This document shows, in pieces, positions 16,385-23,959 of a stretch of DNA of 34,240 bases. The stretch is from Acidimicrobiales bacterium (GTDB taxonomy: Bacteria; Actinomycetota; Acidimicrobiia; Acidimicrobiales; RAAP-2). The notes under the pieces were generated by a model that was not told where the DNA came from, did not search any database, and was given only the letters and a program-made list of their open reading frames with translations. Position 1 is the first letter of the stretch. The number at the start of each line of letters is the position of its first letter. The position numbers and the translations under genes were made by a program. Location of the stretch: contig JBOGFV010000022.1 of assembly GCA_050743525.1 (NCBI GenBank), positions 1 to 34,240 on the forward strand. The letters run 5' to 3'.

Positions 16385-17119
16385 TTGGTCGTCAAGCGCT
16401 ACCTCGCGCCCGACCGGTTCACGATCTTCGACCGGTCGCGGCTTGGTTACGAGGCTCGAGTCAACCGCTGGCTGCTCCGGCACCCGCCGCCGGTCCGATT
16501 CCCCCGACTCGTGGGCGTCGACCGGGCCGCCGGCACCCTCAGCTTCGAGGCAATCGACGGAGATCCGGTCGGCCTGAAGTTCCCCACCGAGCTCGACTCG
16601 GCCACCCTCGACAAGATGATCAATTTGGCCTGGGCGATCCCGGCGCGGGTCACGGGCTGCCGGTGGCTGCGCCGGTTTTCGTTGGGCGCCAGGCTCCGGT
16701 CGGCCGTGGCCGTCGGCCACCTGCGCGAGGGCGATGCCGGCGCGGTCTTGCGCGCGGCCCCGATTGGTCCGCCCAGCTTGCGGTTCGCCCACGGCGACCT
16801 CACCGCTCGCAACGTGCTCCGGAGCTCGATGGGCGAGCTGGTCGTCATCGACTGGGAGTGGGCCGGGCTATACCCGGTGGGCTATGAGGCGGCCTTCCTG
16901 TGGCTCTCGGTCCTCGACGTTCCAGGGGCCCGGGCGCGAGTCGAGGCGTCCGTCCCTGAAGGGGCCGCCGCGTGGTTCTGGCGCTCGGCGCTGTGCGTCC
17001 AGCTGGTCCACCTCGCCCTGTACGCACCGCGACCGGAGCTGGCCGGACTGCTCGAACGCCACCTGGCGACGCGCGACGAGCTGGTCGAGCGGATCACCTC
17101 GTCTCCGATGGCCGGCTGA
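16385..17119 (+). CDS. Aminoglycoside-phosphotransferase-like kinase fold protein; N-terminus uncertain
   Basis: Catalytic region LRFAHGDLTARNVLRSSMGELVVIDWEWAGLYPVGYEAAF. The track start is a TTG. The in-frame upstream sequence (..SAHSTVTWSNGGS-LVVKRY) still looks coding but has no ATG/GTG/TTG. Confidence 0.65.
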   Translation: MVVKRYLAPDRFTIFDRSRLGYEARVNRWLLRHPPPVRFPRLVGVDRAAGTLSFEAIDGDPVGLKFPTELDSATLDKMINLAWAIPARVTGCRWLRRFSLGARLRSAVAVGHLREGDAGAVLRAAPIGPPSLRFAHGDLTARNVLRSSMGELVVIDWEWAGLYPVGYEAAFLWLSVLDVPGARARVEASVPEGAAAWFWRSALCVQLVHLALYAPRPELAGLLERHLATRDELVERITSSPMAG

Positions 17120-17134
17120 CCGCCGGCAAGCGCC

Positions 17135-17632
17135 CTACGGGTTGGGCACCCCGCACCTGGCCCCGAAGTAGCTGGACAGCGTCCGGCTGGCCGCCGCCAG
17201 CTTGGGGTTCGAGCCGAAGGAGGTGAAGACCGCCTCCAGCTGCTGGAGGTTGCTCGACGCCTGGATCTTGCCCTTCAGCGAGTTGAACTGGCCGAGGATC
17301 GTACCGAAGGCCGCCTTTACGTTGGCAGGAGCTCCGCTCAGGAAGCCGTTCACCCTGGCGACCGCCGAGCCGAGCTGGCCGAACTCGGCCAGCAGGGCCG
17401 CCTTGATCTTGGAGAAGTTCCCCGAAGACAGCGCGCTGGCGAACGAGGTGCCGAGCTTGGTCGACTGGGCCTGCTCCTTCGTGATCGCGCCGCACTCGCC
17501 GGGCTTCACGCTGGCGCCGTGGGTCGGGTGGCTCTTCGCTTTGGCGAAGGCTGGCGAGGCCGCCATCGGCGCCGTGGCGAGGGCCGCGACGAACACGAGC
17601 ACACCGATCGAGGACAACGTGCGACGGAGCAT
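17135..17632 (-). CDS. Small secreted alpha-helical protein, unknown function
   Basis: ATG at 17632 within the longer track ORF. Signal peptide MLRRTLSSIGVLVFVAALATAPMAASPAFA-KAK. The mature part is Ala/Leu/Ser-rich and helical, with one Cys near each end. A GAAAGAG ribosome-binding-like site lies upstream. Confidence 0.7.
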   Translation of the reverse strand: MLRRTLSSIGVLVFVAALATAPMAASPAFAKAKSHPTHGASVKPGECGAITKEQAQSTKLGTSFASALSSGNFSKIKAALLAEFGQLGSAVARVNGFLSGAPANVKAAFGTILGQFNSLKGKIQASSNLQQLEAVFTSFGSNPKLAAASRTLSSYFGARCGVPNP

Positions 17633-17736
17633 GGTTCCCACTCTTTCCGAGTCACCCAGTTGGGACTGCGCGCCGCAGCCTACGACCCGCCCGGCCCGCC
17701 GTCGTGGACCGGCGGTCGTCGGCGCGCTGGGCCCTC

Positions 17737-18987
17737 CTACAGCTGACCCAGGTAGAAGCGGGTGCCCTGGTCGTCGGTGCACGTCGAGGAGATCCCATAC
17801 GGCTGGGCCTCGGGATCGGTGGCCGCGCCCCCCGCCTCCCGCACCCGCTCGACCGCCACCGCGACGTCGTCGACTCGGTACATCGGGATCACCACGGGGT
17901 CGCGCCCGCCGGCCACCCCGACCATCGGGACGACGTCGTCGACGTTCCAGCCGTCCTCCACCCGGCCGGGCTCGAACCGCCAGCCGAGCACCGAGCCATA
18001 GAAAGCCCGGGTCCGAGCCGAGTCGGCCACCTCCATCGTCACGTAGGCGAGGTCGCCGTGGCGCGAGCCGTTGGGGGCCGCGGCGGCGCCCGAGACGGTG
18101 CCGCCGGGCGGCTCGAATATCGCGAACGCGACGCCCTGGTCGTCGGTGCAATCGGCCAGAAGGCCGTAGGGCTCCTCGGTGGGCTCGTTGGCGGTGCCGC
18201 CGGCGGCGCGGATCCGCTCGCCGGCGGCGTCAATCGAGTCGACTGCGTAGCAGCAGAAGAGCGTGGGGTCGCTGGCGCGCTCCCACACGCCGTGGTGCAG
18301 GCTCTGGCCCTGGACCTGTCGGCCCTGCGGGCCGCTGGCCGGTCCGTAGGACCACCCGAGGACATGGGCGAAGAACTCGGTGGCCCGCGTGACGTCGGGG
18401 ACCCACAGCGAGACGTAGCCGATGTCGCCGTGGCGCGGCCCCGTCGGAGCCTCCCGCATCAGCATCCAGCGGTGGCCGTAGGGGTCACGGACCACCCCGC
18501 CGCGGCCGTACTGGTGGTCGGTGAGCGGCCGCTCCATCCGGGCGCCGGCGGCCAGGGCCCGCTCGAAGAGCGTGTCGACGTCAGGGACCGACACGTGGAT
18601 GGTCACGGGGACCCCGGCGTCGGGATCCGGGGCCGCGACCCCGATCCCAGCGCTCTCCTCGGCGAGCATCAGGCGGGCGCCACCGAGGTCGAGCTCCGCG
18701 TGGCCGACGGTGCCGTCGCCCATGACGATGGGGTCGCCGACCACCCGGGCGCCGAGGGCGTCCGCGTACCAGGCCAGGGCCGACTCGGCCCCTCGGACGA
18801 TCAGGTACGGCGAGACCGAGGCGTTCGTGGTGAGGACGGCGGGCTCCCGGACGGCGAGATCGGACATGGTGCCTCCTTGGGTCGGGGTGAGGGCGCGGGC
18901 GACCCGCTCGCGCAGGCGGGCGGCGAAGATCGGATCGGGGTCGACGGGGGAGTCGTCGAGTCGCAGGTGCTCGAAGGGGTCAGGCAT
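17737..18987 (-). CDS. Three-module VOC/glyoxalase superfamily protein with a 40-aa N-terminal extension
   Basis: 416 aa. Module 1 is PhnB-like (SPYLIVRGAESALAWYADALGARV...HAELDLGGARLMLAEE). Modules 2 and 3 begin GDIGYVSLWVPDVTRATEFFAHVLGW and GDLAYVTMEVADSARTRAFYGSVLGW. The start ATG overlaps the sigma-factor stop by 8 nt. Confidence 0.8.
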   Translation of the reverse strand: MPDPFEHLRLDDSPVDPDPIFAARLRERVARALTPTQGGTMSDLAVREPAVLTTNASVSPYLIVRGAESALAWYADALGARVVGDPIVMGDGTVGHAELDLGGARLMLAEESAGIGVAAPDPDAGVPVTIHVSVPDVDTLFERALAAGARMERPLTDHQYGRGGVVRDPYGHRWMLMREAPTGPRHGDIGYVSLWVPDVTRATEFFAHVLGWSYGPASGPQGRQVQGQSLHHGVWERASDPTLFCCYAVDSIDAAGERIRAAGGTANEPTEEPYGLLADCTDDQGVAFAIFEPPGGTVSGAAAAPNGSRHGDLAYVTMEVADSARTRAFYGSVLGWRFEPGRVEDGWNVDDVVPMVGVAGGRDPVVIPMYRVDDVAVAVERVREAGGAATDPEAQPYGISSTCTDDQGTRFYLGQL

Positions 18988-19504
18988 CCTGATCGTCCTC
19001 GTCGAGGTAGGCGCGCCGGAACGCGCGGCGGGCCCGGACGAGCAGCGCCTCGGGGGCGTGCACGGTCCGGGAGAGAGGGGCGGCGACCTCGGTAACGCTC
19101 AGAGCGTCGAGGTAGCGGAGGGTGAGGGCGGCGCGGTGCTGGGCGGCCAATCCGTTCAGCACCGCGCCGACCCGCATGGCATCGAGCTCGGCGTCCCAGG
19201 GGTCCGCCAACGAGGGCTCCTCGTCGGCCAGCGCGGCCAGTCGGCGCTCGCCGCGGGCCTGGCCTCGCCAATGGTCGACCAGCTTGTGGCGGGCCACGCC
19301 GATCACCCAGGGCACCGAGACCGCCGGGGCGCCTGGCCGTCGGGCCGCGTCGACCGCGGCAAGGAAGGTCTCGGCGGTCAGGTCTTCGACGACCGCCTGC
19401 GGGCCGCACCGCCGAGCCAGATAGCCGTAGACGTGCGGGAGGGCGTCGTCGTAGAAGTCGAGGAAGGACTGGTGGTCACCGGTGACCGCCGACGGCACGC
19501 CCAT
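18980..19504 (-). CDS. ECF-type sigma-70 family RNA polymerase sigma factor
   Basis: ATG at 19504 (MGVPSAVTGDHQSFLDFYDDALPHVYGYLARRCG) within the longer track ORF. Region 2: AEDLTAETFLAAV, WVIGVARHKLVDHWR. Region 4: AAQHRAALTLRYLDALSVTEVAAPLSRTVHAPEALLVRARRAFR. Confidence 0.85.
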   Translation of the reverse strand: MGVPSAVTGDHQSFLDFYDDALPHVYGYLARRCGPQAVVEDLTAETFLAAVDAARRPGAPAVSVPWVIGVARHKLVDHWRGQARGERRLAALADEEPSLADPWDAELDAMRVGAVLNGLAAQHRAALTLRYLDALSVTEVAAPLSRTVHAPEALLVRARRAFRRAYLDEDDQDA

Positions 19505-19599
19505 ACCCCTATCGTCGCCCGGCGGCCGAAGTCTCCGACGCCCGGCCCAAGATTTCTCGTCCTCCGGAACGGCCATCCTCCGTCCCGGTCGGCGACGGT

Positions 19600-20319
19600 G
19601 TGAGGATCGGGACCGGCGCCGAGGGGAGCGGGGTGAACGAGACCGAGCAGGGCGACCAGGCGGAGCTCGAGGCCGAGTGGGGCGGGCGGGCCCGCCGCGA
19701 GCCCCGCTGGCCGGCCTCGATCGCGGTTGCGGTTGCGATCGGCCTCCAGGTCGTCCTGCCCGACCGGCTCGTTTTCGGACCCCGGTGGGTGGCCCCCGCC
19801 CTTGAGGGGGCGCTCGGCATCGCGTTGCTAGTGGTGAGCCCCCAGCGGCACAACCGCGAGTCGAGCGTCGTTCGGAGCCTGTCAATCGGGCTGATCGCGC
19901 TCATCAATGTGTCCAACCTGGTGTCGCTCGGCTACCTCGTCGATGCGCTGGTCGCGACGCACCCGGTCGGTGGAAAGACGCTGATCTACTCGGCGGTGCC
20001 GGTGTGGGCGACCAACATCATCGTCTTCGGCCTCTGGTACTGGGAGCTCGATCGGGGTGGCCCTTCGGCCCGGGTGCTGACCACCCGCCGGGCCCCCGAC
20101 TTCCTGTTCCCCCAGATGATGGCGCGGGGGAGCACCGGCAACGACTGGTCGCCGAGCTTCCTCGACTACCTGTACACCTCGTTCACCAACGTCACGGCCT
20201 TCAGTCCCACCGACACGATGCCGCTCACGCCGTGGGCGAAGCTCCTGATGATGCTGCAGTCATTGGCGTCGCTGCTCACCTTGGGCCTCGTCATCTCGAG
20301 GGCCGTCAACATCCTCTGA
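19600..20319 (+). CDS. DUF1345-family integral membrane protein
   Basis: 239 aa. Matching stretches: WPASIAVAVAIGLQVVLPDRL, NIIVFGLWYWELDRGGP, DFLFPQM, FLDYLYTSFTNVTAFSPTDTMPLTPWAKLLMMLQSLASLLTLGLVISRAVNIL. An alternative GTG start lies at 19633. Confidence 0.8.
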   Translation: MRIGTGAEGSGVNETEQGDQAELEAEWGGRARREPRWPASIAVAVAIGLQVVLPDRLVFGPRWVAPALEGALGIALLVVSPQRHNRESSVVRSLSIGLIALINVSNLVSLGYLVDALVATHPVGGKTLIYSAVPVWATNIIVFGLWYWELDRGGPSARVLTTRRAPDFLFPQMMARGSTGNDWSPSFLDYLYTSFTNVTAFSPTDTMPLTPWAKLLMMLQSLASLLTLGLVISRAVNIL

Positions 20320-20956
20320 CTCGGGCGGTCGACGCTGCAGGGTCCTCTTTATCGCTCGGGCGCCCAGTGCCCTCGGACCCATCGGGCGACCGCCGTAGCT
20401 GCATCCTGCGGCGAGCCCTTGCTCGTGTCGACATGCTCGTCGATATGTTCCCGAAGCCATGCCGCGAACGCGAGCTGCGCGTCGAACTCCCTCGACCGCC
20501 AGGGCGGGCGGGATTCGAGCCGTGCTCTACGGACCTGGTCAGGACAGTCGAGAGGAGGAACCGGATCTCGCCGATCCATCGTCGGGCCGGTAGCCCCTCC
20601 AGGTGGTCAGGGATGAACGGTCCGAGGAGCACCACGGCGGTCCCGGAAGGGCTGATGGCGTGGGCGACGGCGAGCCAAGCGTCGCGAAACGCAGGCCACG
20701 AGAACGCCCGCCCGTCGCCGGCCAGCGCGGTGGCCGAGTCGAGCAGCAGGTCCGTGTCGATGGTCACGGCCGTTCCGGCGAGGCTGCGGGCCAGCGGCGT
20801 CGAGATCGCGCTCTTCCCAGATCCCGAAGCACCGGTGATGATGAAGAGTTGGCCCAGCTTCCCGACATCGTCGAGCCGACCGCAGTCAGGGCAGCGAGCG
20901 TGGTCGTCGACCGGCTCCATCGGTACCGGCTGGGCGCACGTCTGGCAGTAGTGCAT
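20306..20956 (-). CDS. Zinc-ribbon plus P-loop kinase/NTPase-like protein, with an apparent frameshift near 20550-20560
   Basis: ATG at 20956. The start reads MHYCQTCAQPVPMEPVDDHARCPDCGR (CxxC..CxxC), followed by the Walker A motif LFIITGASGSGKSAI. After ..WIGEIRFLL this frame turns into Arg/Ser-rich junk. The protein-like continuation LDCPDQVRRARLESRPPWRSREFDAQLAFAAWLREHIDEHVDT... is in the frame of track ORF 20349..20579. Confidence 0.65.
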   Translation of the reverse strand: MHYCQTCAQPVPMEPVDDHARCPDCGRLDDVGKLGQLFIITGASGSGKSAISTPLARSLAGTAVTIDTDLLLDSATALAGDGRAFSWPAFRDAWLAVAHAISPSGTAVVLLGPFIPDHLEGLPARRWIGEIRFLLSTVLTRSVEHGSNPARPGGRGSSTRSSRSRHGFGNISTSMSTRARARRRMQLRRSPDGSEGTGRPSDKEDPAASTARVRGC

Positions 20957-21006
20957 CGGCAAGAGTCTGCTCGACGCTCTCCTGATCAGCGGCGGTCGGA
21001 ACCGGA

Positions 21007-22275
21007 TCAGCCCTCGACGTAGAGCTCGCCGTTGCCGCCTTCGGCGATCGTGAGGCGGCGCAGTCCGGTCGCGGCCGGGCCCTGGACCACGGCGCCGTTG
21101 TCGGGATTGAACTCGGAGCCGTGGCATGGACAGGCGATGATCCGCTGCGAGGGGAGGTAGCCGACGGTGCAACCGGCGTGGGGGCACAGCGCGTCGTAGG
21201 CGACGAAGCGTCCACGTTCGAGCTGGATCACCAGCGACGGGAACCGGGTGGTGGGGTCGTTGAAGGCAGCCGAGCCACCGACCGGCACGTCCTTGGCCAA
21301 CCCAATTGCGTGTCCGGGCGGGGTGGCGGTCGTGGGCCCGGTGGCGGACCCGGTGGTTGTCCGGGTCTTGGTGGGTTGAAGGGAGACGGGCAGGGGCGCG
21401 GCTTTGGCCCCGCCGACCATCCGGCCGATCCCGGCGGCGGCACCCGCCGCGGCAAGCCCGACGGCGCCGACCGCGGCGGCGGCCGTCCCCGTGACAACCA
21501 GCTGGCGGCGGGTGATCTGGCCCGGTGCCTCCGGCTCGGCGGCGCGCCTGGGCGGGTGGTTGAGGAACGGACATGGAGCTGGCTCGCAGACCGCCCCTCG
21601 GCGGGCCCGGCACCGCCCGTCGTCGAACTGTCCGCAGACTCGCTGGATGGTGCCGAACGGGACGGTCACCGGAACCCCGGAGCCCTGGCCGTGGACGGCC
21701 CTCCTCCGGGTGGCCAGCATCGCATCGACGGAGAGCACTCCGCCGGCGCCAGCGATGACGAGCGGCGTCCACGCGAACACGAACACGATGTCGGCGCCCG
21801 TGTAGTAGGGCGCGGCGTTGTAGCTGACCGTGAGGAAGAGGAGCAGGGAGAGCAGGGCTCCGAACCCCGCCGCCACCCGCGTCCAGAGCCCGGCCAGCAC
21901 CCCGAGACCGATCGCGAGCTCCCCGAAGGCGATGAGGAGGCCGATCGGCGTCGAGAGACGGAGCAGGTGGCCGAGAGCGAAATTCAGGGGGCTGATCCGG
22001 TCGGCCGCCACCATCTGGGCGTAGATCCCGGCCGGGTCGGCACGGGTGAAGAAGTTGGGGTTGGCCAGCTTCTGCAGCCCGGCGACGCAGAACGTCACGC
22101 CGAGAAACGCTCGGAGGGGGAGCAGCGCCCAGCCGGCGAGCATCGGAAAGCGCGCCGGTGGCCTGGTCAGCCGATGGCGGAGGCCGGGCACGACTTTCGA
22201 CGCTACCGGCCCTAGGGAGACGGGTGACTGAGGCCCGAGCGGACCGCGCTCATCCCTTGACGAAAAGCTGACCAC
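21007..22275 (-). CDS. Fusion protein: DoxX/DoxD-like membrane domain, Cys-rich linker, Tat-like RR-TM segment and Rieske [2Fe-2S] domain
   Basis: N-terminal part: LLPLRAFLGVTFCVAGLQKLANPNFF plus 4 TM helices. Linker: CGQFDDGRCRARRGAVCEPAPCPF. Then ITRRQLVVTGTAAAAVGAVGLAAAGAAAG. Rieske motifs: CPHAGCTVGY and CPCHGSEFNP. The start is uncertain: 22275 overlaps the upstream gene by 26 nt, and an alternative ATG lies at 22143. Confidence 0.8.
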   Translation of the reverse strand: MVSFSSRDERGPLGPQSPVSLGPVASKVVPGLRHRLTRPPARFPMLAGWALLPLRAFLGVTFCVAGLQKLANPNFFTRADPAGIYAQMVAADRISPLNFALGHLLRLSTPIGLLIAFGELAIGLGVLAGLWTRVAAGFGALLSLLLFLTVSYNAAPYYTGADIVFVFAWTPLVIAGAGGVLSVDAMLATRRRAVHGQGSGVPVTVPFGTIQRVCGQFDDGRCRARRGAVCEPAPCPFLNHPPRRAAEPEAPGQITRRQLVVTGTAAAAVGAVGLAAAGAAAGIGRMVGGAKAAPLPVSLQPTKTRTTTGSATGPTTATPPGHAIGLAKDVPVGGSAAFNDPTTRFPSLVIQLERGRFVAYDALCPHAGCTVGYLPSQRIIACPCHGSEFNPDNGAVVQGPAATGLRRLTIAEGGNGELYVEG

Positions 22276-22699
22276 CCGAGACTGTGATGGTCAGCTTCTT
22301 CAGCCCGTGGGGCGCCGGCCCGCGCACCCGACGGCCGGTGGCCGGGTTGAACTGGGATCCATGGCAGGGGCACTGGATCAGGTGCTCCTGCGGCACGTAG
22401 CCGACCGTGCAGCCCTCGTGCGGGCACACCGCGTCGTAGGCGACGAACTTGCCCCTGTGCAGCTGGATGACGAGCGAAGGCAGATGGGTCTTGGGGTCCG
22501 CGAAAAGGGCGGAGGATCCGACCGGTACCGCCCTGGCCGGGCCGATCCTTTTTCCAGCGACCTTGGTGGTCGCTTCCGCGGCCCCGGTGCCCACCGTGGC
22601 GGCACCGGCGGCCCCAATCGCGGCGGCCCCGGCGATCACGACCTGGCGCCGGGAGAGCGTCTCGCGGGCGGGCGGCGGCAAAGGATTGGAGTGGTCCAC
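22250..22699 (-). CDS. Tat-signal Rieske [2Fe-2S] protein
   Basis: GTG start at 22699. Twin-arginine signal LSRRQVVIAGAAAIGAAGAA. Rieske boxes CPHEGCTVGY and CPCHGSQFNP. By eye it is about 60% identical to the C-terminal domain of the downstream fusion protein. Confidence 0.85.
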   Translation of the reverse strand: MDHSNPLPPPARETLSRRQVVIAGAAAIGAAGAATVGTGAAEATTKVAGKRIGPARAVPVGSSALFADPKTHLPSLVIQLHRGKFVAYDAVCPHEGCTVGYVPQEHLIQCPCHGSQFNPATGRRVRGPAPHGLKKLTITVSGGQLFVKG

Positions 22700-22717
22700 G
22701 ACGGTCCTTTGTGGCGT

Positions 22718-22749
22718 TCGGGGCGCTGAGGCCCCATCGGGGCGCTGAG
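22718..22749. repeat. 13-nt perfect direct repeat (two copies, 19-nt period) just upstream of the Rieske operon
   Basis: TCGGGGCGCTGAG occurs at 22718..22730 and again at 22737..22749, 19-50 nt upstream of the GTG at 22699 (minus-strand gene). Confidence 0.6.
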
Positions 22750-22820
22750 CTCCCGGGGGCGTCGTTCGACCCTATCGGAGGGTCGCGGTCGAGTGGCCGC
22801 GCCCCTCCGGGAGCCGCAGC

Positions 22821-23069
22821 TCAATCCGGTTTGACCGGAGGCAAGAGCGCGGCGATCAGCACCCGGTCGCCGGGTCCAAGGCCGGCGGCGGCGAACCGAC
22901 CCGCCACCTCGGCCGTGCGCTCCAGCAACTCGCTACCGCTCGCCCAGCTCCCGTCGGGGTCACGGACGACCTCGGAAGATGGGTTCGCCGCCCAACGGGC
23001 CCGCCACGCCGCGGGGAGCATCCCGGCACCGATCAGGTCGACCGCGCCAGGGTCGGTTCCGGGGGCCAA
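22821..23069 (-). pseudogene. N-terminal stub (82 codons) of an AMP-dependent synthetase/acyl-CoA ligase
   Basis: LPAAWRARWAANPSSEVVRDPDGSWASGSELLERTAEVAGRFAAAGLGPGDRVLIAA matches the stereotyped N-terminus of adenylate-forming enzymes. It stops 8 codons later, and no continuation appears in any frame before 22700. Confidence 0.45.
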
Positions 23070-23126
23070 ATGGGCCGACCAGGAGAGGAGAGTGTCGGTC
23101 CCGACATCCGGAGTCGCCGGGCGCGG

Positions 23127-23924
23127 TCAGCCTCGGTCGGGCTCGCCGTTGAGGGCGTTCTGGCGGCCCCGGCGCCAGTACGGCTTGAAGCTCACCCGGT
23201 CGGCGTCCATGCCCCGAGCGATCAACACGTCGCGGAGCCGGGTGACCATTGCGTGCTCGCCCCCGACATAGGCGTGGCCGGTCCCGGTAGGGAGGGCCGT
23301 GTCGGCCAGGGCGGCCTCGAGGGCCTGCGGGTTGCCAAGCGCGCCCTGACGCACCACCCACCGCGGCCCCTCGACGGTCGCGCCGATCTCGCTTGGCTGT
23401 TCGTGGCCGTCACCGTCGATCTCGATCGCCAGGACGACCGTTTGGTTCGGGTTGACCGCCTCGGCCATGTTGAGCGCCGCCGGTGCGAACGAGTCGTCGC
23501 CGAAGAAGAGGTGCCACTCGGCGTCGGGGTCCAAGGTGATTTTCCCCCGCGGGCCGATCGCTTCGATCAGGTCGCCGGTCCGGGCGACGGTGGCCCAGCG
23601 CCGACCGGGTCCGTCGCCGTGCAGGGCGACGTCGAGATCGACCAGGCATCGCTCGTGGTCGTAGTGCCGGATCGTGTAGCGCCGACGCCGAGTCCTGTCC
23701 CCATCGAGGTCCAGCGAGAGCATGAGGTCCTGGCCCGGCAGCGGGTCGAGGGCCGCGAGGTCGTCCCCGCCGAGCCGGACCCGGCGACACGACGGCGTGA
23801 GGGCCCGGGCGTCGACGACCTCGAGGCTGAGGGCGATGACCCCAAGGCGGTCGGCGAGCGCCTCATTGTCGCGACGGCCGGGGCGGGCCTCGCCCGCGGC
23901 GCGCTGGTCAGTGGAGGGGTCCAT
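23127..23924 (-). CDS. Siderophore-interacting protein (SIP/ViuB-type FAD-binding ferric reductase)
   Basis: ATG at 23924 within the longer track ORF. Matching stretches: RRRYTIRHYD (FAD-binding RxYT/S motif), WHLFFGDDSFAPAALNMAE, YVGGEHAMVTRLRDVLIARGMDADRVSFKPYWRRG. Confidence 0.8.
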   Translation of the reverse strand: MDPSTDQRAAGEARPGRRDNEALADRLGVIALSLEVVDARALTPSCRRVRLGGDDLAALDPLPGQDLMLSLDLDGDRTRRRRYTIRHYDHERCLVDLDVALHGDGPGRRWATVARTGDLIEAIGPRGKITLDPDAEWHLFFGDDSFAPAALNMAEAVNPNQTVVLAIEIDGDGHEQPSEIGATVEGPRWVVRQGALGNPQALEAALADTALPTGTGHAYVGGEHAMVTRLRDVLIARGMDADRVSFKPYWRRGRQNALNGEPDRG

Positions 23925-23959
23925 CCCGACATTCTCGCGCCCGACCGGCCGGGCGCGGC

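Noticed and set aside
17202-19095. ORFs 17202..18392 + and 17704..19095 +
   Set aside because: They are antisense to the secreted-protein and triple-VOC genes. They contain long RRRR/PPPP runs.
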